A stretch of 64,000 nt of DNA from Felis catus. Its lineage: Eukaryota. Positions 52,978 through 64,000 of this stretch are shown piece after piece. The stretch spans positions 150,042,001 to 150,106,000 of the forward strand of contig NC_058368.1 in assembly GCF_018350175.1 (NCBI RefSeq). The letters run 5' to 3'. A program made the position numbers and the translations under genes. How positions within the stretch are numbered: position 1 is the first letter of the stretch; the number at the start of each line of letters is the position of its first letter. The notes under the pieces were generated by a model. It was not told where the DNA came from. It searched no databases and saw nothing but the letters and a program-made list of their open reading frames with translations.

Positions 52978-53516
52978 AAACCCAACTGTCATTATTTGCA
53001 AATGATATAATACTATATATAGAAACCTTAAATAGTCCACCAAAAACTGTTAGAATAAATGAATTTGTTAAAGTTACAAGATGAAAAATTGAAAAACAGA
53101 AACCTGTTGTTTCTATATACTAATAACAAAAATAGCAGAAAGAGGAATTAAGAAAACAATCCCACTGCACCAAAAAGAACAAAATTCCTGGGAATAAATA
53201 TAAACAAGGAGGTAAAAGACTTATATTCTGACAACTATAATTAGGAATAAAAATTGAAGAGGACACAAAAATGGGAAGACATACCATTTTCATGGATTGA
53301 AAGAACATTATTACAATGTCCATACCACCCAAAGCAATCTACAGATTCAATGCAATCCCTATCAGATACCAATACTATTTTTCACAGAAATAGAATAAAT
53401 AATCATTACATTTGTATGGAACTACAAAAGACCTCAAACAGCTAAAGCAATCTTGAGAAAGAAGTGCAAAAGCTGGAGGTATCACAGTACTTGATTTCAA
53501 GATACCCTTTAAAGCT

Positions 53517-56500
53517 TCAACAGGGCATATCGTAGTCAAATTCACAAAATACTCAGGCAAGGAGAGAATCATGAAAGCAGCAAGGGAAAAAAAAAAGTCC
53601 TTAACTTACAAAGGAAGACAGATCAGGTTTGCAGCAGACCTATCCACAGAAACGTGGCAGGCCACAAAGGAGTGGCAAGATATAATCAATGTGCTGAATC
53701 AGAAAAATATGCAGCCAAGAATTCTTTGTCCAGCAAGGCTGTCATTCAAAATAGAAGGAGAGATAAAAAGTTTCCCAGACAAACAAAAATTAAAGGAGTT
53801 TGTGGCCACTAAACCAGCCCTGCAAGAAATTTTAAGGGGGACTCTCTGAGGGGAGAAAAGATGAAAATATAAATAAATAAAAAAAATAAAGACCAAAAGC
53901 AACAAAGATTAGAAAGAACCAGAGAATACCATCAGAAACTCCAACTTTACAAGCAACACAATGGCAGTAAGTTCATATCTTTCAGTACTCACTCTAAACG
54001 TCAATGGACTCAATGCTCCAATCAAAAGACATAGGGTAACAGAATGGATAAGAAAACAAGATCCATCTATATGCTGTTTGCAAGACACCCACTTTAGACC
54101 TAAAGACCTTCAGACTGAAAGTAAGAGGATGGAGAACCATCGATCATGCTAATGGTCAACAAAAGAAAGCTGGAATAGCCATACTTATATCAGACAATCT
54201 AGACTTTAAAACAAAGACTGTATCAAGAGATGCAGAAGGGCATTATATCATAATTAAGAGGTCTATCCACCAAGAAGACCTAACAGTTGTAAACATTTAT
54301 GAGCCAAATGTGGAAAAACCCAAATATATAAATCAATCACAAACATAAACTCATTGATAGTAATACCATAATAGTAGGTATTACAGCACTCACAGCAATG
54401 AGCAGATCATCTAATAAAAAAATCAACAAGGAAACAATGCCTTTGAATGACACACTGGATGAGATGGACTTAACAGATATATTCAGAGCATTTCATCCTA
54501 AAGCAACGAATATACATTCTTCTCCAGTGCACATGGAATGTTCTCCAGAATAGACCACATACTGGGACACAAATCAGCCCTCAGCAAGTACAAAAAGTTT
54601 GAGATCATACTGTGCATATTTTCAGACCACAATGCTATGAAACTTGAAATCAACCACAAGAAAAATTTAGAAAGGTAACAAATACTTGGACACTAAAGAA
54701 CACCCTACTAAAGAATGAATGGGCTAATCAAGCAGTTAAAGAGGAAATTAAAAAGTATATGGAAGTCAATGAAAATGATAACACCACAACCCAAAACCTC
54801 TGGGACGCAGCAAAGGCAGTCATAAGACGAAAGTATATAGCAATCCAGGCCTTTCTAAAGAAGGAAGAAAGATCTCATATACACAACCTAACCTTATGCC
54901 TTAAAGAGCCGGAAAAAGAACAGCAAATAAAACCCAAAACCAGCAGAAGACAGGAAATAATAAAGATTAGACCACAAATCAATGCTATTGAAAGGAAAAC
55001 AAGCAAACTAAAGACAGAACAGACCAATGAAACCAGAAACTGGTTCTTTGAAAGAATTAACAAAGTTAATAAACCACTAGCCAGTTTGATCAAAAAGAAA
55101 AAGGAAAGGACCCGAATAAATAAAATCAAGAATGAAAGAGGAGAGATCACAACCAACACAGCAGAAATAAAAATAATAAGAGAATATTATGAGCAATTAA
55201 ATGCCAATAAAATGGGCAATCTGGAAGAGAAGGAAAAATTTCTAGAAACATATAAACTACCAAAACTTAGGAAGAAATAGAAAATTTGAACAGACCCATA
55301 ACCAGTAAGGAAATCGAATTAGTAATAAAAAATCTTCCAAAAAACAAGAGTTCAGGGCCAGATGGCTTTCCAGGGGAATTCTACCAAACATTTAAGGAAG
55401 AGTTAACACCTATTCTTTTGAAGATGGTCCAAAAAATAGAAATGGAAGGAAAACTTCCAAACTCATTCTATGAAGCCAGCATTACCTTGATTCCAAAATC
55501 AGAGACCCCGCTAAAAAGGAGAACTATAGACCAATTTCCCTAATGAACATGGATGCAAAAATCCTCAACAAGATATTAGCCAACCAGATCCAACAATACA
55601 TTAAAAAAATTATTCACCACGACCAAGCAGAATTTATACCTGGGATGCAGGGCTGGTTCAATATCCGCAAAAAAATTAACATGATTCATCACATCAATAA
55701 AAGAAAGGACAAGAACCATATGATTCTCTCAATAGATGCAGAGGAAACATTTGACAAAATACAGCATCTTTTCTTGATAAAAACCCTCAAGAAAGTAGGG
55801 ATATAAAGATCATACCTCAAGATCATAAAAGCCATATATGAATGACCCAATGCTAATACCATCCTCAATGTGGAAAACTGAGAGCTTTCCCCCTAAGGTC
55901 AGAAAAACGACAGGGGTGTCCACTCTCACCACTGTTACTCAAAATAGTATTGGAAGTCTTAGCCTCTGCAATCAGACAACACAAAGAAATAAAAGGCATC
56001 CAAATCGGCCAGGAGGAGGTCAAACTTTCACTCTTTGCAGATGACATGATACTGTATATGGAAAACCCTAAAGATTCAACCAAAGAACTGCTAGAACTGA
56101 TTCATGAATTCAGCAAAGTTGCAGGATATGAAATCAACACACAGAAATCTGTTGCATTCCTATACACCAACAATGATGCAACAGAAAGAGAAATCAAGGA
56201 ATCAATCCCATTTACAATTGGACCAAGAACCGTAAAATACTTAGGAATGAATCCAACCAAAAAGGCGAAAAATCTATACACTGAAAACTATAAAAGCTTA
56301 TAAAAGAAATTGAAGAAGACACAAAAAATGGAAAAAGATTCCATGCTCCTGAATAGGAAGAACAAATATTGATGAAATGTCGATATTACCCAAAGGAATC
56401 TACATATTCAATGCAATTCCTATCAAAATAACACCAGTATTCTTCACAGAGCTAGAACAAATAATCCTAAAATTTGCATGGAACCATAAAAGACCCCAAA

Positions 56501-57608
56501 TAGCCAAAGCAATCTTGAAAAAGAAAACCAAAGCAGGAGGCATCACAATCCCAGACTTCAAGCTATACTACAAAGCTGTAATCATCAAGACAGTATGGTA
56601 CTGGCACAAGAACCGACACTCAGATCAATGGAACAGAATAGAGAACCCAGAAATGGACCCACAAACGTATGGCCAACTAATCTTTGACAAAGCAGGAAAG
56701 AATAGCCAATGGAATAAAGACAGTCTCTTCAGCAAGTAGTGCTGGGAAAACTGGATAGCGACATGCAGAAGAATGAACCTGGACCACTTTCTTACACCAT
56801 ACACAAAAAGAAACTCAAAATGGATGAAAGACCTACATGTAAGACAGGAAGCCATCCAAATCCTCGAGGAGAAAGCAGGCAAAACCTCTTTGATCTTGGC
56901 CGCAGCAACTTCTTACTCAACATGTCTCCAGAGGTAAAGGAAACAAAAGCAAAAATAAACTACTGGGAGCTCATCAAAATAAAAAGCTTCTGCACATCAA
57001 AGGAAACAATCAGCAAAACTAAAAGGCAACTGACAGAATGGAGAAGGTATTTGCAAACAACATATCAGATAAAGGGTTAGTATCCAAAATCTGTAAAGAA
57101 CTTCTCAAACTCAACACCCAGAAAACAAACAATCCAGTGAAGAAATGGGCAAAAGACATGAATAGATACTTCGCCAAAGAATACATCCAGATAGCCAACC
57201 CACACATGAAAAAATGCTCAACATCACTCATTATCAGGGAAATACAAATCAAAACCACAATGAGATACCACCTCACACCTGTCAGAATGGCTAACATTAA
57301 CAACTCTGGCAACAACAGATGTTGGCGAGGATGTGGAGAAAGAGGATCATTTTTGCATTGTTGGTGGGAATGCAAGCTGGTGCAGCCACTCTGGAAAACA
57401 GTATGGAGGTTCCTCAAAAAACTAAACATAGAACTATCCTATGACCCAGCAATTACACTACTAGGCATTTATCCAAGGGTTACAGGTGTGCTGTTTCAAA
57501 GGGACACATGCACCCCAATGTTTATAGCAGCACTATCAATAATAGCCAAAGTATGGAAAGAGCCCAAATGTCCATTGATGGATGAATGGATAAAGAAGAT
57601 GTTGTGTA

Positions 57609-57652
<44 letters not shown>

Positions 57653-58026
57653 TGAGTATTACTTGGCAATCAAAAAGAATGAAATCTTGCCATTTGCAAC
57701 TACATGAATGGAACTGGAGGGTATTATGCTAAGTGAAATTAGTCAGAGAAAGACAAGTATTACTTCACTCATATAAGGATTTTAAGAGACAAACAGATAA
57801 ACATAAGGTAAGGGAAACAAAAATAATATAAAAACATGGAGGGGGACAAAACATAAGAGACTCATAAAAATGGAGAACAAACAGAGGGTTACTGGAGGGG
57901 ATGTGGGAGGGGGGATGGGCTAAATGGGTAAGGGACACTAAGGAATCTACTCCTGAAATCACTGTTGCACTATATGCTAACTAATTTGGATGTAAATTTA
58001 AAAAATAAAATTAAAAAATAAAAAAT
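53517..58026 (+). mobile_element. Younger 4.5-kb L1 (ORF1 C-terminus, complete but frameshifted ORF2, 3'UTR, poly-A)
   Basis: ORF1 end 53849; EN start 53961 (LNVNGLNAPIKRHR); RT FADD at 56034-56045; CWRGCGE..HCWWEC; TSD aagataccctttaaagct / aagatatacttcaaagct at 53499-53516 and 58027-58044. Confidence 0.97.
57610..57649. repeat. (CA)n microsatellite
   Basis: Pure CA run. Confidence 0.95.
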
Positions 58027-59564
58027 AAGATATACTTCAAAGCTGTAGTAATCAAAACAGTATGGTACTGGTGCAAAAATAGATATATACCTCAATGGAA
58101 CAGAATAGAGGACCAGAAATAAACCCATACCTATATGGTCCATTAATCTGTGACAAAGGAGGCAAGAATATAAAATGGAGGAAAGACAGTCTCTTCAGTA
58201 AATGATGTTGGGAAAACAGGATAGCTTCATGCAAAAGAATGAAATTTGACCACTTTCTTACAACATACACAAAGATAAATTCAAAATCAATTAAAGACCT
58301 AAATTTAAGACTTGAAACCATAGAACTGGTAGAAGAAAACATACACAGTAATCTCCTGGAAACTAGTATCAGCAATAATTTTCTGGATCTGTTTTTTCAG
58401 GCAATGGCAGCAAAAGCAAAAATAAGCAAACTAGTGGAAGTACATCAAACTGAAAAGTTTTGCACAGAGAAATAATTAACAAAGTTAAATGACAACCTAT
58501 GAAATGAAAGAAGATATTTGCAAATGACACATCTGGCAAGGAGTTCATATTTAAAATATATAAAGAACTCTTATAAAACAAACAAAAAACTCAAAAAAAA
58601 TAATTAAAAAATGGGCAGAGGGCCTGAACAGTCATTTTTCCAAAAAAGACATAGAGATGGCGTAAAGACACAGGAAAATATGCTCAGCATCACTGTTCAT
58701 GAAGGAAATGCAAATAAATACCAAGATGAGTTATCATTTCATGCTAGTCAAAATAGCTAGTATCAAAAACAAAACAAAACAAAAAAAAATAACAAGAGTT
58801 GGTGAGGATATGAAGAAAAGATACACTGTTGGTGGGAATGTAAATTGGTGCAGTCACTCTGGAGGTTCCTCAAAAAATTAAAAATAGAAATTCCATATAA
58901 TTCAGGATTCCACTTCTGGGTATTTAACCAAAGAAAATAAAAGCACTACTTTGCAAAGCTATATGTACCCCTATGTTTATTGCAACATTATTTCTAATAG
59001 CCAAGATAAAGGAGCAACCCATTGATAGATGGATGGATAAAGCAACCTTTGATAGGTGAATCTATTGATAGAGTAATGGATAAAGAAGTGGTGTAAATAT
59101 ACAAAGGAATATTACTCGGTTATTTAAAAATAAAAAAAACCTTGTGATTATTGACAACATAGATGAACCTAGAGAGTGTTATGCTAAGTGTTAAGTCAGG
59201 CAGAAAAAGACAAATACCATATGAATTCACTTTCATATGAAATCTAAAACCAAACCAAACCAAAACAAAAAACACACACAACAGAAATAGACTCCTAAAT
59301 ATAGAGAACAAACTTGTAATTGCCAAAGGAGAGGTGGGAGATCATAGTAAAAGAGGTACAAACTTTCAGTTATAAAAGAAGTCACAGGGATGAGAAGTAC
59401 AACATAGGGAATATAAGTAAGTAATACTATGATAAGTTTGCAGGGTGACAGATAAGTACGTTTACCACACTGACCATTTTGTAATGTATATCATTGTCAA
59501 ATCACTGTGTTGTACATCTGAAATATGATATGTATGTCAACTACACTTCAATGTAAAATATAAA

Positions 59565-60150
59565 GTAGAAATAAAGACATAAAAAGGATTATAGCAAAAA
59601 ATGATAGGTAAGTCATTCAAAGGAAGTCCAAAACATGCTTAATTGGAGTCCCAGAGAAAGAAAACTAAAACAATAGGGAAGCAACTATTTAAAACCATAA
59701 CTAAATGCTTTGAGACAAATGAAACTACTTGAAATTTCAAATTGAAAGGGCATACTTTTAATAGATAAAACCTGTCCCAGAATGAGCCACACAGATGCAT
59801 TGCTTAGAATCATTTGACTTTAAGGATAAAGGTTGTCCAGTAAAACTTGTAGTTATCTAAAGAAACAATATGTATAGCCCATGATTTTATATCAAGTTTA
59901 CTTCAAGTACAAAGGCTATGGAGAAAATGTTTTGAATATGTAAGAGGTCAACAAATATCGTCCAAATAAATTATGCTTGAGCCAACTACTAGAGAGCAAA
60001 CTTCAAGAAACCAAGAGATGAGTGATAAAACTTGGGCAAAAGGACTAGTAGCTTTGGCATTTTCAGATTTATACAGAGAGATTGAATATTTTCATGTATG
60101 AACATAGTTAAAACTTTTGGGTAGAAGCAGAATATGGAGAGTAATAAATG
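59565..60150 (+). mobile_element. HAL1-like ORF1 3' part
   Basis: aattggagtcccagagaaag, ttcaaattgaaagggcatac and caactactagagagcaaacttcaagaaaccaagagatga resemble HAL1; no ORF2 follows. Confidence 0.65.
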
Positions 60151-60731
60151 GTAACTATAGCTGAATACTTAAAAGCTCTACTACTATCTATAAAAATACT
60201 CTAAGAATTTTGCCAGTATTTTAAGCATTTCTTGGCTTTAGAATATGTTAGACAACCAGACACTTTAGAATTTGGAATGTTGATTACATCATCTTTTCAG
60301 ATCAACTGCCTAGCTTTCTGCCAATATAGGCAATATGCATAGGGAAAGCATATACCACAGGAGCCATGAGGCTCAAGATCTTCTGATCTTATACACAGTA
60401 AAATTTTAGAATCCATTAAGAATTGTGGATCTTGATTTTCACTGTAAGGAGCCATCAATTTGATAGTGTATAACTCTTTCTAATAGAAAATAATTTAAAT
60501 ACTTAAGAATATGGTAGTAAAGTCTGAAAAATAGTACACTAGGAAGAGTTCCACTGGGCAAATAGGTTACTGGTGATTTGACAGACTTATAAACTTTTTG
60601 ACTTAAGAACATTTTGGTCAAAGTTGCTACATTTATAAAACTATGGCATATTAATCTTTTCTCCTGTTTATTACTAAATGACAAAATAAATAGGCTTTTA
60701 AAACCACTCTGAAATGATATCCCAGAATAAT

Positions 60732-60795
60732 ACTCAAAACAAGTCTATAGACTCGTCTATAGACTTGTCTATAGACTCAAAACAATGTCTATAGA
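60732..60795. repeat. Short tandem array of the palindrome GTCTATAGAC
   Basis: Copies at 60743, 60755, 60767 and a partial copy at 60787. Confidence 0.9.
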
Positions 60796-60862
60796 TATTA
60801 ATCAGTGTCAAAACTTCAAATTTTTTAAGTCAGAAAAAATAATTTTAAATGTGTCTAATGTT

Positions 60863-61082
60863 GGGGTGCCTGGGTGGCTCAGTCGGTTAAGTGTCCAACT
60901 TCGGCTCAGGTCATGATCTCGCGGTCCGTGAGTTCCAGCCCTGTGTTGGGTTCTGTGCTGACCGCTCAGAGCCTAGAATCTGTTTCAGATTCTGTGTCTC
61001 CCTCTCTCTGACTGTCCCCCGTTCATGCCCTGTCTCTCTCTGTCTCAGAAATAAATAAACGTTAAAAACAATTAAAATAAAA
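60863..61082 (+). mobile_element. Can-SINE
   Basis: TSD tgtctaatgtt at 60852-60862 and 61083-61093. Confidence 0.96.
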
Positions 61083-63024
61083 TGTCTAATGTTTTTAAAA
61101 CAAATATAATGCCATGTGTATGTAAAATCGAAAATGTAAATTATAATAAGTTCTTTGAAATATTGACATAATATTGGTATTATAATAGACAGCTGAGTTT
61201 ATCTGCTTCACTTAATGTGACTAAGATTAAAATCAACTTTTTGTGAATAAATGGTTGATAATAATTCATGAATCAATCAGCATCTTATATTATGAAAGGT
61301 AAATAGGAAAGATTTGAGGAAGTTTTTTTTTCCCCAGGAGCCCAAGCTAGGAAATGTTTGTTAATCCACTTGATCGTATCATTTTGTTTTATTCAATTAT
61401 TCAACCTAATTATTCACACAGGCCATTTCTGAAGGCCCCACACTGGTTAAAGCTGTGTGCCCATGTTTTATGTGCTTATTATTGTCTTCCTTTTAAGATT
61501 CCTCTTACTCGGACCAGTGGGCTGTATATTTGTGTGGTAAAGAGAAAGGAGTTGGCATTATTTAGTCTTTCTGTTTAAGGCTGTGAATAGATTCGGAAGC
61601 CACTGAATTAAATAATATAAAGAAGAAACTATAAAATTAGTATTTTTAAAAAAACCAATGAATAAATTCTATAGAAAATGTAAAAGGAGTTTAGAATGAT
61701 GTTTTGCTGTATTTGTTCTGTGATATATCAAGCTGTGGATGATGCTGAAAGTCCAGTCAAGAGAAGATCAATGAGTACAAATGGGGAATCAGATATGGAT
61801 TCACCTCATCTGCTGAGGCACCTTGGGTCATGTCCAGTAAAATACTAAAACCTAGAGGTAGGAAGGCACATCAGATCATGTTGTTTAAAAAGTCTAAACA
61901 AAATCACACTTCACACGTACTATCAGAGAGCCCCCCGTTCCTGGGTAGAGACTGAAGAATGAATGGTTCAGTTCTCCAAAAGCCACTGGGAAATGTCAGC
62001 ACCATCTAGTTAATGAATTCCTGATTTGTTTGGCATTTGCACTTTCTTAAGAAATTGCTGATGTGTTTAGACTTCCTCTTCTCCTCAGCAGCAGTGAAAT
62101 TTGTTGATTATGATGGCCTTATATAACATCATCCAGGCAGAAAGCTAAAAGATTACACATTAAAAAGAAACAGGCCTGTTTATTACCAGGCATTGTGCTT
62201 CCTCATATGCATATCTCTGTTCTTCAGTCTTTGACCAGGTTGCTTTGTGGGAGATGCTTTGTTAAAAGTATTTCCATGGCAGGCCTCCACTAATGCAAAT
62301 GTCATTTTCTCTGCCTGATTGTGATAGGAAGCCTTTTTCACCTATTGAAACCTGTTAAATTTCCTTCAAATATTTTTGTTTAACACTTTAAAAAAGTTAG
62401 TGGAGGACCATTTAAAAACATGTAGGCTTAATGAGGAATTGATGTTTATATTTAAAAACATTTTTCAAAGAAACTGCTTCTGTACTGCTGAATAGAAGCC
62501 TGCAATCTTCACAGATTTCATTCATCCAGGTCAAACAAGCCAGACTGTTTATATTCCACATCATTTTCCTTTAACTACTTTTAACCATGTTTGTTTTAGG
62601 AGATTGTCCACCACAGCTAAGAATCCTGCCACTTTAGTTTAGTTTGTATTCAGATCAGCCTGGGAAGAAGCTGTGAGGTTAAAATTATTCAATTAAAAAC
62701 CTTTGGTATGGCTCTAAAAGAGAAACAGAACAGGTTTAATATTCTCTACCTAAATATTATTGCCTTGACCAGGCTAGTATTGCAGGTTGTATCCCGTACT
62801 ACATAGCTCTTTGAACAACAAGCTAACTTAATTACTATGCGTTATATTCTTATTTATTCTAAAGGGACAAAATTCCTCCCTTAGGCAGGATTCTGCATTT
62901 TCGTAACATGTTGCCACCCCCATGGAGCTCCTGTTTGTGTTTCATGGTGTTCTTGCATGAGAATTGTCTACTCTGACCCTCGCACGTCCTTGACCCCCAC
63001 CGCTGTTCCTTTCAACCCTTTCTT

Positions 63025-63247
63025 TTTTTTAAAATTTTTTTTTTCAACGTTTATTTATTTTTGGGACAGAGAGAGACAGAGCATGAACGGGGGAGGGGCA
63101 GAGAGAGAGGGAGACACAGAATCGGAAACAGGCTCCAGGCTCTGAGCCATCAGCCCAGAGCCCGACGCGGGGCTCGAACTCACGGACCGTGAGATCGTGA
63201 CCTGGCTGAAGTCGGACGCTTAACCGACTGCGCCACCCAGGCGCCCC
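63025..63247 (-). mobile_element. Very young feline Can-SINE
   Basis: CpGs largely intact; perfect 17-bp TSD cctttcaaccctttctt at 63008-63024 and 63248-63264. Confidence 0.98.
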
Positions 63248-63514
63248 CCTTTCAACCCTTTCTTATGCATGACCTTAGCACCTAACTCTTCCCCACTCCT
63301 CTTTATGAGTATGAATTACCCAACCAATACCTATTAACCTGCAAGAACAATTCCTCCCTATTCAGAGAACCATTTTTGACTAATTTGACCAAATTAACTG
63401 AACTTTGTCTGACCCTTTCTGCTAATGCTCTAAAAATTTTGCCCTCGTTTCCCCAAACAGACCTCTCCTTCAGAGCTTTCTGAAGTCTGGCATTTTTAGC
63501 GCAAAAACTTATGG

Positions 63515-63735
63515 CAGGATTTTTCAATTTCTGCATTACTGACATTTGGGGCTACGTAGTTGTTTGTTTTGAGAGTTTGTCCTGTATGTGACTAGATGTT
63601 TAGTAGCCTCCCTAGCTTCCACCTACTAGAGGTCAGTGGTAGTACACACACTGACCTCCCAAGTTGTGACAACTAAAAATGTCTCAGACATTAGTACATG
63701 TCCCTTGTGCCATCAAGCTAGGGTCAAAATTGAGG
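63515..63735 (-). mobile_element. MER20 hAT-Charlie MITE
   Basis: ctgacatttgggg..agttgtgacaactaaaaatgtctcagacatt..atgtccc. Confidence 0.85.
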
Positions 63736-64000
63736 CTTAATTCCCCTGTTGACTAATAGGAGGGATTATGAGAGATTCTGAAATTCTAAAAATCTTCCCC
63801 TGTATGTTTACATGTCCTTGTCCTATACAACTATTCCTCTCCACCTCCTGTTAACATAGCCTTGGCTACTAACTGTTTCTGCTCACCCTACTTAATAAAC
63901 CAAAGTTGCCCACCAATGAATACTGCTATCCAGAATAATTCCTCCCTCCCCCTAAAACCATTCTGACCTGCTCTTCCCAGAACTGGTTTGCACCTGAGCT

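Larger units (their letters stand above)
48450..59560 (+). mobile_element. Full-length old L1 with a nested young L1 and a SINE; inactive
   Basis: 5' gaagatcctgaactcacctctcccatggacacatcaaatctac; ORF1 start 49265 MRRQRNM; ORF2 from about 50676; 3' end caactacacttcaatgtaaaa. Confidence 0.93.

Noticed and set aside
53517..58026. Possible active L1
   Set aside because: No 5'UTR, ORF1 is truncated, and ORF2 is split by many frameshifts and stops.
61730..61850. Protein-like frame AVDDAESPVKRRSMSTNGESDMDSP
   Set aside because: Weak acceptor, early stop and no recognisable homology; cannot be supported.
1..64000. Prokaryotic-type systems (CRISPR, defence islands, operons) or a novel endogenous viral element
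   Set aside because: The sequence is mammalian, with no spaced repeat arrays or long intact ORFs. The only viral-like sequence is the known ERV-L class.

Overview
This is AT-rich mammalian DNA, almost certainly from a felid (cat-family carnivore), because it carries tRNA-derived Can-SINEs of the young feline type. It is not prokaryotic. No intact protein-coding gene, RNA gene, CRISPR array or CpG island is visible. The listed ORFs are decayed transposon frames or chance ORFs. More than half of the window is LINE-1. Three old, near full-length + strand L1s (about 17.9-24.1, 29.6-41.05 and 48.45-59.56 kb) dominate, and the latter two are hosts for younger L1s, two of them 5'-inverted (twin-primed). 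There are also about 21 Can-SINEs (most with readable target-site duplications, TSDs), an ERV-L 3' half split by an L1, a Tigger1 transposase fragment, a split HAL1, and L2, MIR, MaLR, MER5 and MER20 relics. I found no convincing new biological system. Four observations stand out. (i) Two L1-into-L1 insertions have 5' breakpoints almost at the homologous position of the host L1, making near-hairpins. (ii) An orphan ~165-bp insert with splice-like ends sits inside an L1. (iii) Three GTAAGT donors with paired acceptors cluster in a unique island near 17 kb. (iv) Several microhomology or palindromic repair scars are visible. Repeat subfamily names come from recall of consensus sequences and need Dfam/RepeatMasker confirmation. 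Element ends are approximate unless a TSD is quoted.
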